Positions 1 to 8,509 of a DNA stretch of 60,579 nt are shown in pieces. Source of the stretch: an uncultured Bacilli bacterium (GTDB lineage: Bacteria; Bacillota_I; Bacilli_A; RF39; UBA660). The stretch covers positions 1 to 60,579 of the forward strand of contig CANRKU010000005.1 in NCBI GenBank assembly GCA_947631295.1, given 5' to 3'. The position numbers and the translations under genes are program-made. The notes under the pieces were generated by a model. It saw nothing but the letters and a program-made list of their open reading frames with translations, was not told where the DNA came from and searched no databases. Numbering within the stretch: position 1 is the stretch's first letter; each line of letters opens with the position of its first letter.

Positions 1-97
1 TTCTAGACTTAAAATTATTTTGATTATAAAACTTATTTTTTAGGTTTAAAATCTCCACACTTATTCTACACTAACAACACCTAGGTATTTTGAAAAG

Positions 98-333
98 TGT
101 AGTGTTACAATTGATGTGACACCGATTAATGTATGCAAAAAGCGATTGATCCAGTAAAATGTTAATTGAAACAAACACATTTAAAGAAAGGATCTAATCG
201 CTATGACTAGTATATCACAATCTCTAAGATATTTGCCACATGATTTAAACACTAAATTTTATTCCGTTAAACTTTATAGACAAACTCATTCTATTAACCA
301 TGTTTGTAGAAGATATCATATTTCTAAATCTTC
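98..333 (+). mobile_element. Truncated copy (left end plus first ~43 codons) of the IS at 11279..12465
   Basis: 236 bp are the reverse complement of 12230..12465 with 2 mismatches seen. Begins with terminal IR TGTAGTGTTACAATTGATGTGACACC; transposase ATG at 203. Confidence 0.93.
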
Positions 334-901
334 AATAGTTTTGTAAATATTTTTTTCAAGAGGAAATTTTCTCCAATTGTATTTTTCTTTCATATCTAAA
401 CCATTAGCTATAAAAATACGCATAATTTGACTAATTGGTTCAAAATCATATGTTATGTAATCAATTCCTTGAGGATTTTTATAGTATATATAATTTCTCT
501 TTTCAATATCATTTAATCCATTAATTTTTACAAGATTTAGTTTATTAATTATTTCCTGCTCATTTTTATAATTATGATTAACTATATGAGTATGTGCATG
601 AATTACACAGTTTGCACATAGACCACAAGGATCAGGAGTACCGTGTTCAAAAACAATTGGATATTTCCATATATTTTTTTGAATTTTTCTCTGTACTTTT
701 CTAAAATAGAATTATATTCTTCCATTATTTCTTTGTCAAATTTAGTCATGCAATACGTATGCCTTTTAGGTAATATCAAGATATATCCAGGGACTAATGA
801 ACCAAACAAGGAATAATAATAATAATAAAATTATTTGTTTCTTCAATAATGTTATTATAAAATAATTCTTTATCTAGTTTACAAAATGTGCAGCCAACCC
901 T
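316..901 (-). pseudogene. HIT-like (CwfJ-type) hydrolase pseudogene with two frameshifts and an apparently lost start
   Basis: Joining three frames gives GCTFCKLD..ETNNFIIIIIPC / GSLVPGYILILPKRH..KKIYG / YPIVFEHGTPDPCGLCANCVIHAHTHIV..SQIMRIFIA..KYNWRKF. The CxFC and HAHxH motifs are present. GGAGG RBS is followed by AGG instead of ATG. Confidence 0.75.
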
Positions 902-930
902 AAATACTCTGCCTCCCAAAATTAACAAAA

Positions 931-1063
931 ATTGATGTTGTCAATTTGCAAATGTGTTTTCTATATTGACATTTATATCAATTCAACCTATAAAAATTAT
1001 TACATAAACTCAAACATTTTAAAACTCGAACTATAAAAGTCCGAGTTTGATATCAATCTGGTG
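931..1063. repeat. Diverged copy of the ~130-bp segment downstream of tmRNA (2366..2498): junction, terminator, promoter, leader
   Basis: aaactcgaactataaaagtccgagtttgatatcaatctggtg vs aaactcgaactataatagtccgagtttgctatcattctggtg, with similarity continuing over the whole segment. Confidence 0.88.
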
Positions 1064-1098
1064 CGAATGTAAAGGTTATCTATCACTTTTTGATAAGG

Positions 1099-1716
1099 CT
1101 ATTGTACTTTTCCTTTTACAACTACATATGGTTGTTGGCGGTGTTCAATTGGTAAAAATCGATCGTCAAACCACATCATAAAAAATTTAAATGCGCTAAA
1201 ATAAGTATAACCATCTGTATAATCATCTGTTTCATCTGATGAATCAGCAAAAATTAAAATGTCTTTTAAAAACGACTCATCTTCACTTCTGTGATCATAA
1301 CCAATTATAACTTGATAATGCCCTCCATAATATACACTTTCTACTAAAATAGGATACCCTTTTTTTAAATTTGAAATAACAAATTCTCTAAACTCTTCCA
1401 TAGTTTCAAAACATTTTCCATTAACTGTTTTAGGATGTTCAATACTACTTTCTACCTCATAGCCATTATCTCTAAAAAAATCAACAATATTTTTAATTTT
1501 AGTGCCACCTGGAATTTTACAATCAACTCTTTTAAAAATTTCTTTTTCATCCATAGAATAATCATTATAATAATTAAGAATCATTAAAACTGCATTAGGC
1601 CCACAAGCACATTCTATTGTCCATTGATGCGTTTTAAAATTAGTTAATATTGTTAATTCATTATCACTTTTTAAATCATAAAAATTGTTATTTACATAAT
1701 ATTCACGATTTGCCAT
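1099..1716 (-). CDS. C39-like (papain-fold) cysteine peptidase family protein
   Basis: Q-x5-CGP, GGHYQVIIGYD and LIFADS motifs (Cys/His/Asp triad); GGAGGT RBS. Confidence 0.75.
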   Translation of the reverse strand: MANREYYVNNNFYDLKSDNELTILTNFKTHQWTIECACGPNAVLMILNYYNDYSMDEKEIFKRVDCKIPGGTKIKNIVDFFRDNGYEVESSIEHPKTVNGKCFETMEEFREFVISNLKKGYPILVESVYYGGHYQVIIGYDHRSEDESFLKDILIFADSSDETDDYTDGYTYFSAFKFFMMWFDDRFLPIEHRQQPYVVVKGKVQ

Positions 1717-1900
1717 GTTATTACCTCCTATTACTAGTATATCACATATTTTGTTTTGACAAAATTATTAACCCCTAGATATTTTGACAAGTCTATCAAA
1801 ATAACCTAAGGGGCTATCTTTTTATATCAATATTCGAAAAAGTTCGAATAGATTCGTCAATGGTGCTAAAAGAAGAGTACAACAACTTATAACCTTAAAA

Positions 1901-2341
1901 TTAATTTATTACGTCTTTATTAATTAATGTATCATTTAATTTTTTATCGTAAATACTTTTTATGTTTGCACTAAAATCAAAAGAAAATTGTTCTAAATAT
2001 TCAATAACTAAATCTACATGTTTTTCAAAATTTAAGTCTCGATTAAGATTCTTTAAATATTTTGAAACAATTTTATTCCTATTAATTCGATTTACATAAA
2101 AATACAATAAATTAGTATTACCTATTTTTTCTTTTCCCGATTTAACAATAGAAAATAGATATTCATGACAAGATGCTGGACCGGTAAATCCAAGATCAAA
2201 CATTATAAGCACACATCCAATAAAAATCTTATCAGTTCCATCTGAGGGTAATGTCTTTTTAGTAAATTCTAGTAATTTATCTATAGATTTAGAATTTATA
2301 TATTCTTCTGAAAATATTTGTAAAAATTTATTAATAATCAT
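1901..2341 (-). CDS. Hypothetical protein (first cassette downstream of tmRNA)
   Basis: 146-aa ORF with GGGAGGT RBS; no recognisable motif. Confidence 0.7.
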   Translation of the reverse strand: MIINKFLQIFSEEYINSKSIDKLLEFTKKTLPSDGTDKIFIGCVLIMFDLGFTGPASCHEYLFSIVKSGKEKIGNTNLLYFYVNRINRNKIVSKYLKNLNRDLNFEKHVDLVIEYLEQFSFDFSANIKSIYDKKLNDTLINKDVIN

Positions 2342-2456
2342 TTTGTTACCTCCCTTTTATGCAATATATTGTTTTGGCAATATGCAAGTGTGTTTTCTAA
2401 ATTGACAAATATTCAATTTAATTTATAAAAATTATATCAAAAATTTAAGCACTTTA

Positions 2457-2483
2457 AAACTCGAACTATAATAGTCCGAGTTT
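2457..2483 (-). terminator. Intrinsic terminator after tmRNA
   Basis: Minus strand: aaactcggac-tattata-gttcgagtttt, 10 nt after the CCA end. Confidence 0.7.
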
Positions 2484-2493
2484 GCTATCATTC

Positions 2494-2845
2494 TGGTGGA
2501 GCTGAGGAGAATCGAACTCCTGTCCAAAACTAGATCTTCAAGAATATCTACAAGTTTAGTTAACTACACAATCTCGTTATATCAAAAACTAGTTAACGAA
2601 TGTTGATATAACCAGTCTATAAAATTCATTACTACTATAGACATCATAGTAATATAACCTGCTAAAATCGAGCCTCTAAGAAAATCCACAGGTAAGATTT
2701 TTATAGAAGCGCTACGCTATATGCTTTATTAAGCAGCGTAAGCCATTGAATAATTGTTTCCAGTTATATTTAACTGATGCATTTTAAGATTGCCATCTAC
2801 TTGCCATTCCTGTTCCACTAATCCTGTCGAAACCAAAGCAGCCCC
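2494..2845 (-). ncRNA. ssrA: tmRNA; tag peptide (A)GNNYSMAYAA at 2729..2761
   Basis: 5' GGGGCTG..TTCGACAGG and 3' GGTTCGA-type T arm ending CAGCTCCACCA; ATAACT resume context; tag ends YAA-stop; lies downstream of smpB. Confidence 0.97.
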
Positions 2846-2920
2846 ATATGTGTCGTAATTATAACATAATTACATCTACTTTTCAATGGATAAAATTACC
2901 ATAATGTATTATGAAATATC

Positions 2921-2949
2921 TTGTACTAAGAACAAATGTTTGATATAAT
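2921..2949 (+). promoter_or_regulatory. SigA-type promoter for the small hydrophobic peptide transcript
   Basis: TTGTAC-N17-TATAAT with extended TG. Confidence 0.7.
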
Positions 2950-3020
2950 GCTATTGGATACATTTGAAATATATCAGATGTTTTTCCTTTCGATTATCAG
3001 AAGATAAGTGGTGGTTCATT

Positions 3021-3098
3021 ATGACAAAAAGAGAAACATCTCTATTTATTATAATTCTACTATTATTCTTTATAGTAATCACCTTACTATTTAAATAA
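3021..3098 (+). CDS. 25-aa hydrophobic peptide MTKRETSLFIIILLLFFIVITLLFK; candidate type I toxin
   Basis: Translated by hand (below the ORF-track cutoff). GTGGTGG RBS-like sequence, one TM helix, upstream promoter, convergent antisense RNA. Confidence 0.65.
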   Translation: MTKRETSLFIIILLLFFIVITLLFK

Positions 3099-3099
3099 T

Positions 3100-3210
3100 A
3101 AAAACATCTGATTTCAACAATCGTTGATTTCAGATGCAATCCATAAGGGATAACATCTGATTCGCACAATCAAATGTATCCTTTTTTATTTTATGCAAGT
3201 TTCCTTGACG
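3100..3210 (-). ncRNA. Candidate antisense (antitoxin) RNA of ~110 nt
   Basis: Promoter TTGATA(3244-3239)-N17-TATGAT(3221-3216) with TG; ends in hairpin catctgaaatcaacgattgttgaaatcagatg plus U-tract. Confidence 0.55.
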
Positions 3211-3266
3211 CATTCATCATAACATAAAAACGTGCTTTTATCAAGCTGTTTTGCTTAAAATTACCA

Positions 3267-3707
3267 TCAATAAATATTTTTCTGTGCTTTAGCAACCTGT
3301 CTTTTAATATCTTGTTCCTTCATACTTTCACGTTTATCAAAATTATGTTTTCCTTTGCATAATCCTAATAATATTTTTGCTTTATTCTTTACAAAATAAA
3401 CTTTTAATGGAATAAGAGTATAACCCTCCAATTTAATTTTATCATTTAGTTTACGAATCTCTGTTTTATGTAAAAGAAGTTTTCTAGTCCGAGTTTCCTC
3501 ATGATTAAAGATATTACCTTCTTTATAATGGCTAATAAACATATTTAAAAGAAATACTTCTCCCTTTCTAACAATACCATAACTATCCTTAATATTTGCT
3601 TTCCCTGCTCTGATAGATTTAATTTCGGTACCCGTTAACACAATTCCACATTCGTATTCTTCCTCAATAAAATAATCATGCCTAGCTACTCTATTCAATA
3701 TTTCCAT
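3267..3707 (-). CDS. smpB: SsrA-binding protein SmpB (likely ATG start at 3707)
   Basis: GIVLTGTEIKSIR, RTRKLLLHK, GKHNFDKRE motifs. Confidence 0.98.
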   Translation of the reverse strand: MEILNRVARHDYFIEEEYECGIVLTGTEIKSIRAGKANIKDSYGIVRKGEVFLLNMFISHYKEGNIFNHEETRTRKLLLHKTEIRKLNDKIKLEGYTLIPLKVYFVKNKAKILLGLCKGKHNFDKRESMKEQDIKRQVAKAQKNIY

Positions 3708-4836
3708 TACTATCACTCTTTCCTATTCTGCTATCTCCATGAACTACAATATCCATATATTTTTGATAATAAGAATTATAATTAGGTAAAATTTCCTCAG
3801 TCAATTGATGAAAAGGATAAACCTTATAATTTCCACGATATCCTTTTTGATAATCACTATAGGTATATGTTAACTCACTATTAATATTTTGTAAAGAAAC
3901 ATCTCCTGTTTTTATATCTTTCACAACATCTAAACTAACCATTAAACCAATTAATTTCTCCAATCGATCCTGACCAGATAAAAAATTACCTAAAGAATAA
4001 ATAACCAAAGTATCATCAATAAATTCAATAGGCTGTACCACATGAGGATGATGTCCAATAATAATATCTACACCCAAACTAGCTAAATAATTAGCTATTT
4101 CTCTTTGTGTAGAATCAGGGGTATAGGTGTATTCCTCTCCAAAATGCATAGATACTAAAAGTAAATCTACTTGATTTCTAACTTTTTCAATATCCTGCCT
4201 TACTATCTCTTCATCATAACGATTTAATAAATAGGTTTTTCCATCTGGGATACGGAGTCCATTAGTCCAATAAGTATAGGATAAAAGTGCATATGTAATA
4301 CCATTTTTCTCTTTTATGATAATTTGATTTCTATCTTCATCAGAAGCATAAGAACCTGCTGTATAAACATCTTTATTTTCCCAATAATGAATAGAATTTA
4401 AAATAGCTGATTCCCCTCTATCCAAAGTATGATTATTAGCTAAAGATACTAAATTAAATCCAGCATCTAAAAAAGCATCACCTACTTCGTAAGGAGAATT
4501 AAATCTTGGATAAGAAGAAAGCCCTAATTCTACCCCTCCTAAAATAGATTCTTGATTATAAAAAGCTAAATCATCAGATGAAATAATAGGTTTTACTTTT
4601 TCTAACATAGGTTTAAAATTATAACCATTCTCTGTTTTAGCATCCATATATACAGATTCATGAATTAAACCATCTCCTACCATAATAAGAGATAACTTTT
4701 TTTCTGTTTCCATCACACTTTCCGCATTTTCATCTTTATGACTAGTTTCTTTATTAGAATAATTAGAAAATATGAAAAAAAACAAAAAAAGAGTAATAAG
4801 AACAATAAACGAATTCCTAAATACTACTTTTTTCAT
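3691..4836 (-). CDS. CapA/PGA_cap family metallophosphoesterase, membrane-anchored
   Basis: N-terminal TM; VGD, NQES, LANNHTLD, HFGEEY, GHHPHV, YSLGNF motifs. Confidence 0.9.
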   Translation of the reverse strand: MKKVVFRNSFIVLITLFLFFFIFSNYSNKETSHKDENAESVMETEKKLSLIMVGDGLIHESVYMDAKTENGYNFKPMLEKVKPIISSDDLAFYNQESILGGVELGLSSYPRFNSPYEVGDAFLDAGFNLVSLANNHTLDRGESAILNSIHYWENKDVYTAGSYASDEDRNQIIIKEKNGITYALLSYTYWTNGLRIPDGKTYLLNRYDEEIVRQDIEKVRNQVDLLLVSMHFGEEYTYTPDSTQREIANYLASLGVDIIIGHHPHVVQPIEFIDDTLVIYSLGNFLSGQDRLEKLIGLMVSLDVVKDIKTGDVSLQNINSELTYTYSDYQKGYRGNYKVYPFHQLTEEILPNYNSYYQKYMDIVVHGDSRIGKSDSNGNIE

Positions 4837-6976
4837 CTTTTATCAACTCATTTTCTGGTTCTTCTATGACCTTTTTAATAATATCAAAATCAATTGTTTG
4901 TTCCTCTTTAGATGCACGAACAACTTTTACTAATACTCTATCTCCCATAGCATATTTCGTTTTTGTTTTCTCACCCGTTACACTCATTGTCTTTTCATCA
5001 TAATGGAAAAATTCTTTTAAATCTGCTAAGCGGCATAATCCTTCAATTAAATTATCCAATTGTACAAATATCCCAAAATTAGTAATTCCCGAAATCATTC
5101 CTTCAAATTCTTCTCCAATATGGTCTTCCATATATTCAGCCATTTTCATATCATCTACTTCTCTTTCACAATTAACAGAAGCTTTTTCTCTACTAGATGC
5201 AATCTCAGCAACTACTGGCAATTTATCCTCCCAATGTTGAATAGTTTCATTACTTAAGTCATGTTGAAATAAATAAGTTCTTAATAACCTATGAACTGTA
5301 GTATCTGGATATCTTCTAATAGGAGAGGTAAAATGTGTATAACATGGACTAGCTAAACCATAATGGCCCAAGTTTTGATCTTTATAAATAGCTTTTTGCA
5401 TACTACGTAATAGTAAACTAGATAAAATTTTAAATTCTTTTTTATCTTTTAAGAAATTAATTAATCCCTGTACTGCCTTTGGACTATTGTCTTTCATATT
5501 TCCCTTATATACATAGCCAAGAGTTCCTATATAAGATAAAAAGTCATAAATTCTTTCTTCTTTTGGCACTTCATGTACACGATAAATAAAAGGAAGCTCC
5601 ATGTAGAAAATATGAGTAGCAACACATTCATTCGCAACAATCATAAAATCTTCAATTAAATTTTCTCCAACTCCTCTTTCGCGTAAAACAATTTCCGTTG
5701 GATGACATTTCTCATCTACTAGAATTTTAGCTTCATCAACATCAAAATCCAAATACCCTCGATTTAATTTACTTTTTCTTAATATCTGAGCAAGTTCTGC
5801 CATCATTCTCAAATCTTGTTCAAAATCTTGATATCCTTCTGGAACAATATTATCTTCTAAAATACTATTAACAGCTGTATATGTCATTTTCTTACGTGAT
5901 TTAATAAAACTTTCAAAAATATCATAAGTAACAATTTTTCCAGAATGATCAATCTCCATAACACAAGAAATAGTTAACCTTTCCTCTCCTTCATTCAAAG
6001 AACAAATACCATTAGATAATTGATGAGGGAGCATCGGAATAACTCTATCTACTAAATAAACACTAGTACCCCTATCCATAGCATTAATATCTAAAGCTGT
6101 TCCTTCTTTTACATAGTAACTAACATCTGCGATATGAACACCAAGCTCATAATTACCATTTGCTAATTTTTTAATAGAAACTGCATCATCAATATCTTTA
6201 GTATCAGCACCATCTATTGTAAAAATTACCTCATTAGTTAAATCTCTTCTACCTACTTTATCTTGCTCACTAACTTTATCAGGAATCTTTTTTAATTCTT
6301 CTATTACTTCATCTGGAAATGTATCATTGATATTATATTTATAAACAATAGATAAAATATCTACCCCTGGATCATTTTTATGTCCTAAAACTTTAACAAC
6401 TTCACCTAAATAAAGAGAATTATCAAGCTGTTTCAATAATCTAACTTGAACCTTATGCCCATCTACAGCCCCATGAATTTTATCAGGTTCAATAATAATA
6501 TTCATTTTTAATTTTTCATCATCTAAAATTAAGTGACCTTTCTTATTTTCTAAATAAAATTCACCAACCACAAACTCTAAATTACGGTCTAATATTTTTA
6601 AAATCCTACCCTCTAATTTATTTTTTTCTTTTCTGCCAGTGATTTCAGCTACTACTAAATCATTATGTAAAGCCCCATTCATATTAGAAGAATCAATATA
6701 AATATCTTCACTATCTGGTATTTCAACAAAACCATAGCCTTTTCTATTTACTCTTAGGATTCCTTTTTTTAATGGACTCCTATCAAATGTCATATAATTA
6801 TTTTTATTCGTTCTATAAATTGTATAATCATTACACATTTTGTTAATAGTATCTTCTAATTCACGAAATTCATCCGTTGTTTTTAATTCAAGTAAATGAT
6901 CAATTTCTTCAATACTTAAAGCCTTATTTTTGCGATTTAATAAATTCAATATTTTTTCTTCCAAGAAAATCACCAT
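4817..6976 (-). CDS. rnr: Ribonuclease R
   Basis: FTIDGADTKDIDDA, HFTSPIRRYPD, C-terminal S1 domain; secG-rnr-smpB synteny. Confidence 0.97.
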   Translation of the reverse strand: MVIFLEEKILNLLNRKNKALSIEEIDHLLELKTTDEFRELEDTINKMCNDYTIYRTNKNNYMTFDRSPLKKGILRVNRKGYGFVEIPDSEDIYIDSSNMNGALHNDLVVAEITGRKEKNKLEGRILKILDRNLEFVVGEFYLENKKGHLILDDEKLKMNIIIEPDKIHGAVDGHKVQVRLLKQLDNSLYLGEVVKVLGHKNDPGVDILSIVYKYNINDTFPDEVIEELKKIPDKVSEQDKVGRRDLTNEVIFTIDGADTKDIDDAVSIKKLANGNYELGVHIADVSYYVKEGTALDINAMDRGTSVYLVDRVIPMLPHQLSNGICSLNEGEERLTISCVMEIDHSGKIVTYDIFESFIKSRKKMTYTAVNSILEDNIVPEGYQDFEQDLRMMAELAQILRKSKLNRGYLDFDVDEAKILVDEKCHPTEIVLRERGVGENLIEDFMIVANECVATHIFYMELPFIYRVHEVPKEERIYDFLSYIGTLGYVYKGNMKDNSPKAVQGLINFLKDKKEFKILSSLLLRSMQKAIYKDQNLGHYGLASPCYTHFTSPIRRYPDTTVHRLLRTYLFQHDLSNETIQHWEDKLPVVAEIASSREKASVNCEREVDDMKMAEYMEDHIGEEFEGMISGITNFGIFVQLDNLIEGLCRLADLKEFFHYDEKTMSVTGEKTKTKYAMGDRVLVKVVRASKEEQTIDFDIIKKVIEEPENELIKDEKSSI

Positions 6977-7086
6977 ATTCTTTCTAACTATATTATAGGA
7001 TAATTCCTATATTTTAACAATAAAAAAAAAGAAGAAACAAATCTTCTTTACAAGAATATACTATCAAGATATATGTATTGTAGTTT

Positions 7087-7302
7087 CTAAATAAATTCCA
7101 TAACTAAACTAATAATAAAGAAAGCCATACCAAGTATAAAAGTAATTCTAGTAATTACTAATTCACTACCTCTTTCTTTACGGTTAGAAAATAAATCAGA
7201 ATTACCTCCAGAAATAATTTGTGCACCACTTTCAGCTTTATTACTCTGTAATAACACAATCACAATTAATAAAATGGATATAACTAATAATACTGTTTGC
7301 AT
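7087..7302 (-). CDS. secG: Preprotein translocase subunit SecG
   Basis: Two TM helices, VLLQ..GG..LF..KERG motif, synteny. Confidence 0.95.
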   Translation of the reverse strand: MQTVLLVISILLIVIVLLQSNKAESGAQIISGGNSDLFSNRKERGSELVITRITFILGMAFFIISLVMEFI

Positions 7303-7350
7303 AGTATCCCTCCATAACTGTTAATATTTTATCATAGAATATACTAAAAA

Positions 7351-7944
7351 TCAAATTTTTTTCAAAACAATATCGAAATTTCTATAATCATATTTTTGTT
7401 TTATTTTAGGTTTATTATTATCATTCTGTGAATTACATAATTTTAAAAAATCAGATAAATTAAGTTCTTGAAAAATATTTTCATGATTTTTAATTGCCTT
7501 ACTTATTTTCTCTTTTTGAGATAAAATTTGAGAATAAAATTCTTTGGAATGATTATTCATGAAAGATTTACTAATACCCATTTTAGTAAAAATCTTATTT
7601 TCCATACTTAAATTAGTTTCTTTAATAACTAAAGAACAATTGCCTTTAAAAATTTCTTTCTTAGTAAATGGTTCTACAAAAGACAAAGAACCAGCATAAA
7701 CATTATCCTTAATACCACAATGAACACGGTAAATATAGCTACTATCATCAAAACAAAAGAATAGTTCAAAACCTTTATTTGGTTCATAAAAGCCAAAAAC
7801 AAAACCAACACTATTTTGCTGATCTGTTGTACCAAACCTCATGAAACCCTCAAACCAAATATCTTCCTGCATTATAAAATAACCATTAAACAGTTGATGA
7901 GATTTATCTAGTTGCCAATATCCTAGAATATTCTCAATTTTCAT
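7351..7944 (-). CDS. Hypothetical protein
   Basis: 197-aa ORF with GGGGGA RBS. Confidence 0.7.
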   Translation of the reverse strand: MKIENILGYWQLDKSHQLFNGYFIMQEDIWFEGFMRFGTTDQQNSVGFVFGFYEPNKGFELFFCFDDSSYIYRVHCGIKDNVYAGSLSFVEPFTKKEIFKGNCSLVIKETNLSMENKIFTKMGISKSFMNNHSKEFYSQILSQKEKISKAIKNHENIFQELNLSDFLKLCNSQNDNNKPKIKQKYDYRNFDIVLKKI

Positions 7945-7968
7945 AATACATCCCCCATAATTAAAATA

Positions 7969-8442
7969 TCATATATTTAAAAAATATACAAATAAATTTA
8001 AAATGCTAGCAAAAATTATCCACAATAAATATGGAATTTGTAAGTATGCACTTATTTTAGAAATTTCATAAAACTTTTTAATCATTAGCACTACAAAACC
8101 AATTAATAACAGTATCCAAATAAAAGCTAAAAAATAAAAACGAAAAGTAAAAAACCAAATACTCCAAAAGAGATTGATAATTAACTGAATTCCATAAATA
8201 AAAAGAGCATCATTTTTTTTATAAGAATCACTTTGTATAATCAAATAACTAGATATCCCCATTAAAGTATAAAGAATAGTCCAAACAATAGGAAAAACAA
8301 TACCTGGAGGTGCAAAGGAAGGTAATTTTAAATCGCTATAATTATTAGATGTTGCTGTCAAATAACCCACAAAGCTACCTAAAAAAACAGGAATAATAAT
8401 GCTATATAATAATCGTTTATAATTTATTTTCAAAGATATCAC
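7969..8442 (-). CDS. TspO/MBR family tryptophan-rich sensory protein
   Basis: LPSFAPPGIVFPIVWTILYTLMG, NLFWSIWFF, PYLLW motifs. Confidence 0.93.
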   Translation of the reverse strand: MISLKINYKRLLYSIIIPVFLGSFVGYLTATSNNYSDLKLPSFAPPGIVFPIVWTILYTLMGISSYLIIQSDSYKKNDALFIYGIQLIINLFWSIWFFTFRFYFLAFIWILLLIGFVVLMIKKFYEISKISAYLQIPYLLWIIFASILNLFVYFLNI

Positions 8443-8509
8443 CTAATAAAGTATATGAAAAAAGGCCATAGGAATTCCAGGACATTTTTCAAATATATAA
8501 AAAAAGAAC

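Noticed and set aside
603-809. 68-aa ORF as a standalone gene
   Set aside because: It is the middle fragment of the frameshifted HIT-like pseudogene.
1059-1090. tRNA genes at the TGGTG junctions (1059, 1861)
   Set aside because: Only the CACCA end is present; no cloverleaf can be formed.
2951-3169. 72-aa minus-strand ORF
   Set aside because: Weak start, no motif, and it runs through a terminator hairpin. The plus-strand 25-aa ORF with promoter and RBS explains the region better.
2956-3181. 6S RNA interpretation of the end-paired RNA
   Set aside because: Pairing is limited to the ends, and the centre holds an RBS plus ORF rather than a rod with a central bubble. Not formally excluded without an Rfam search.
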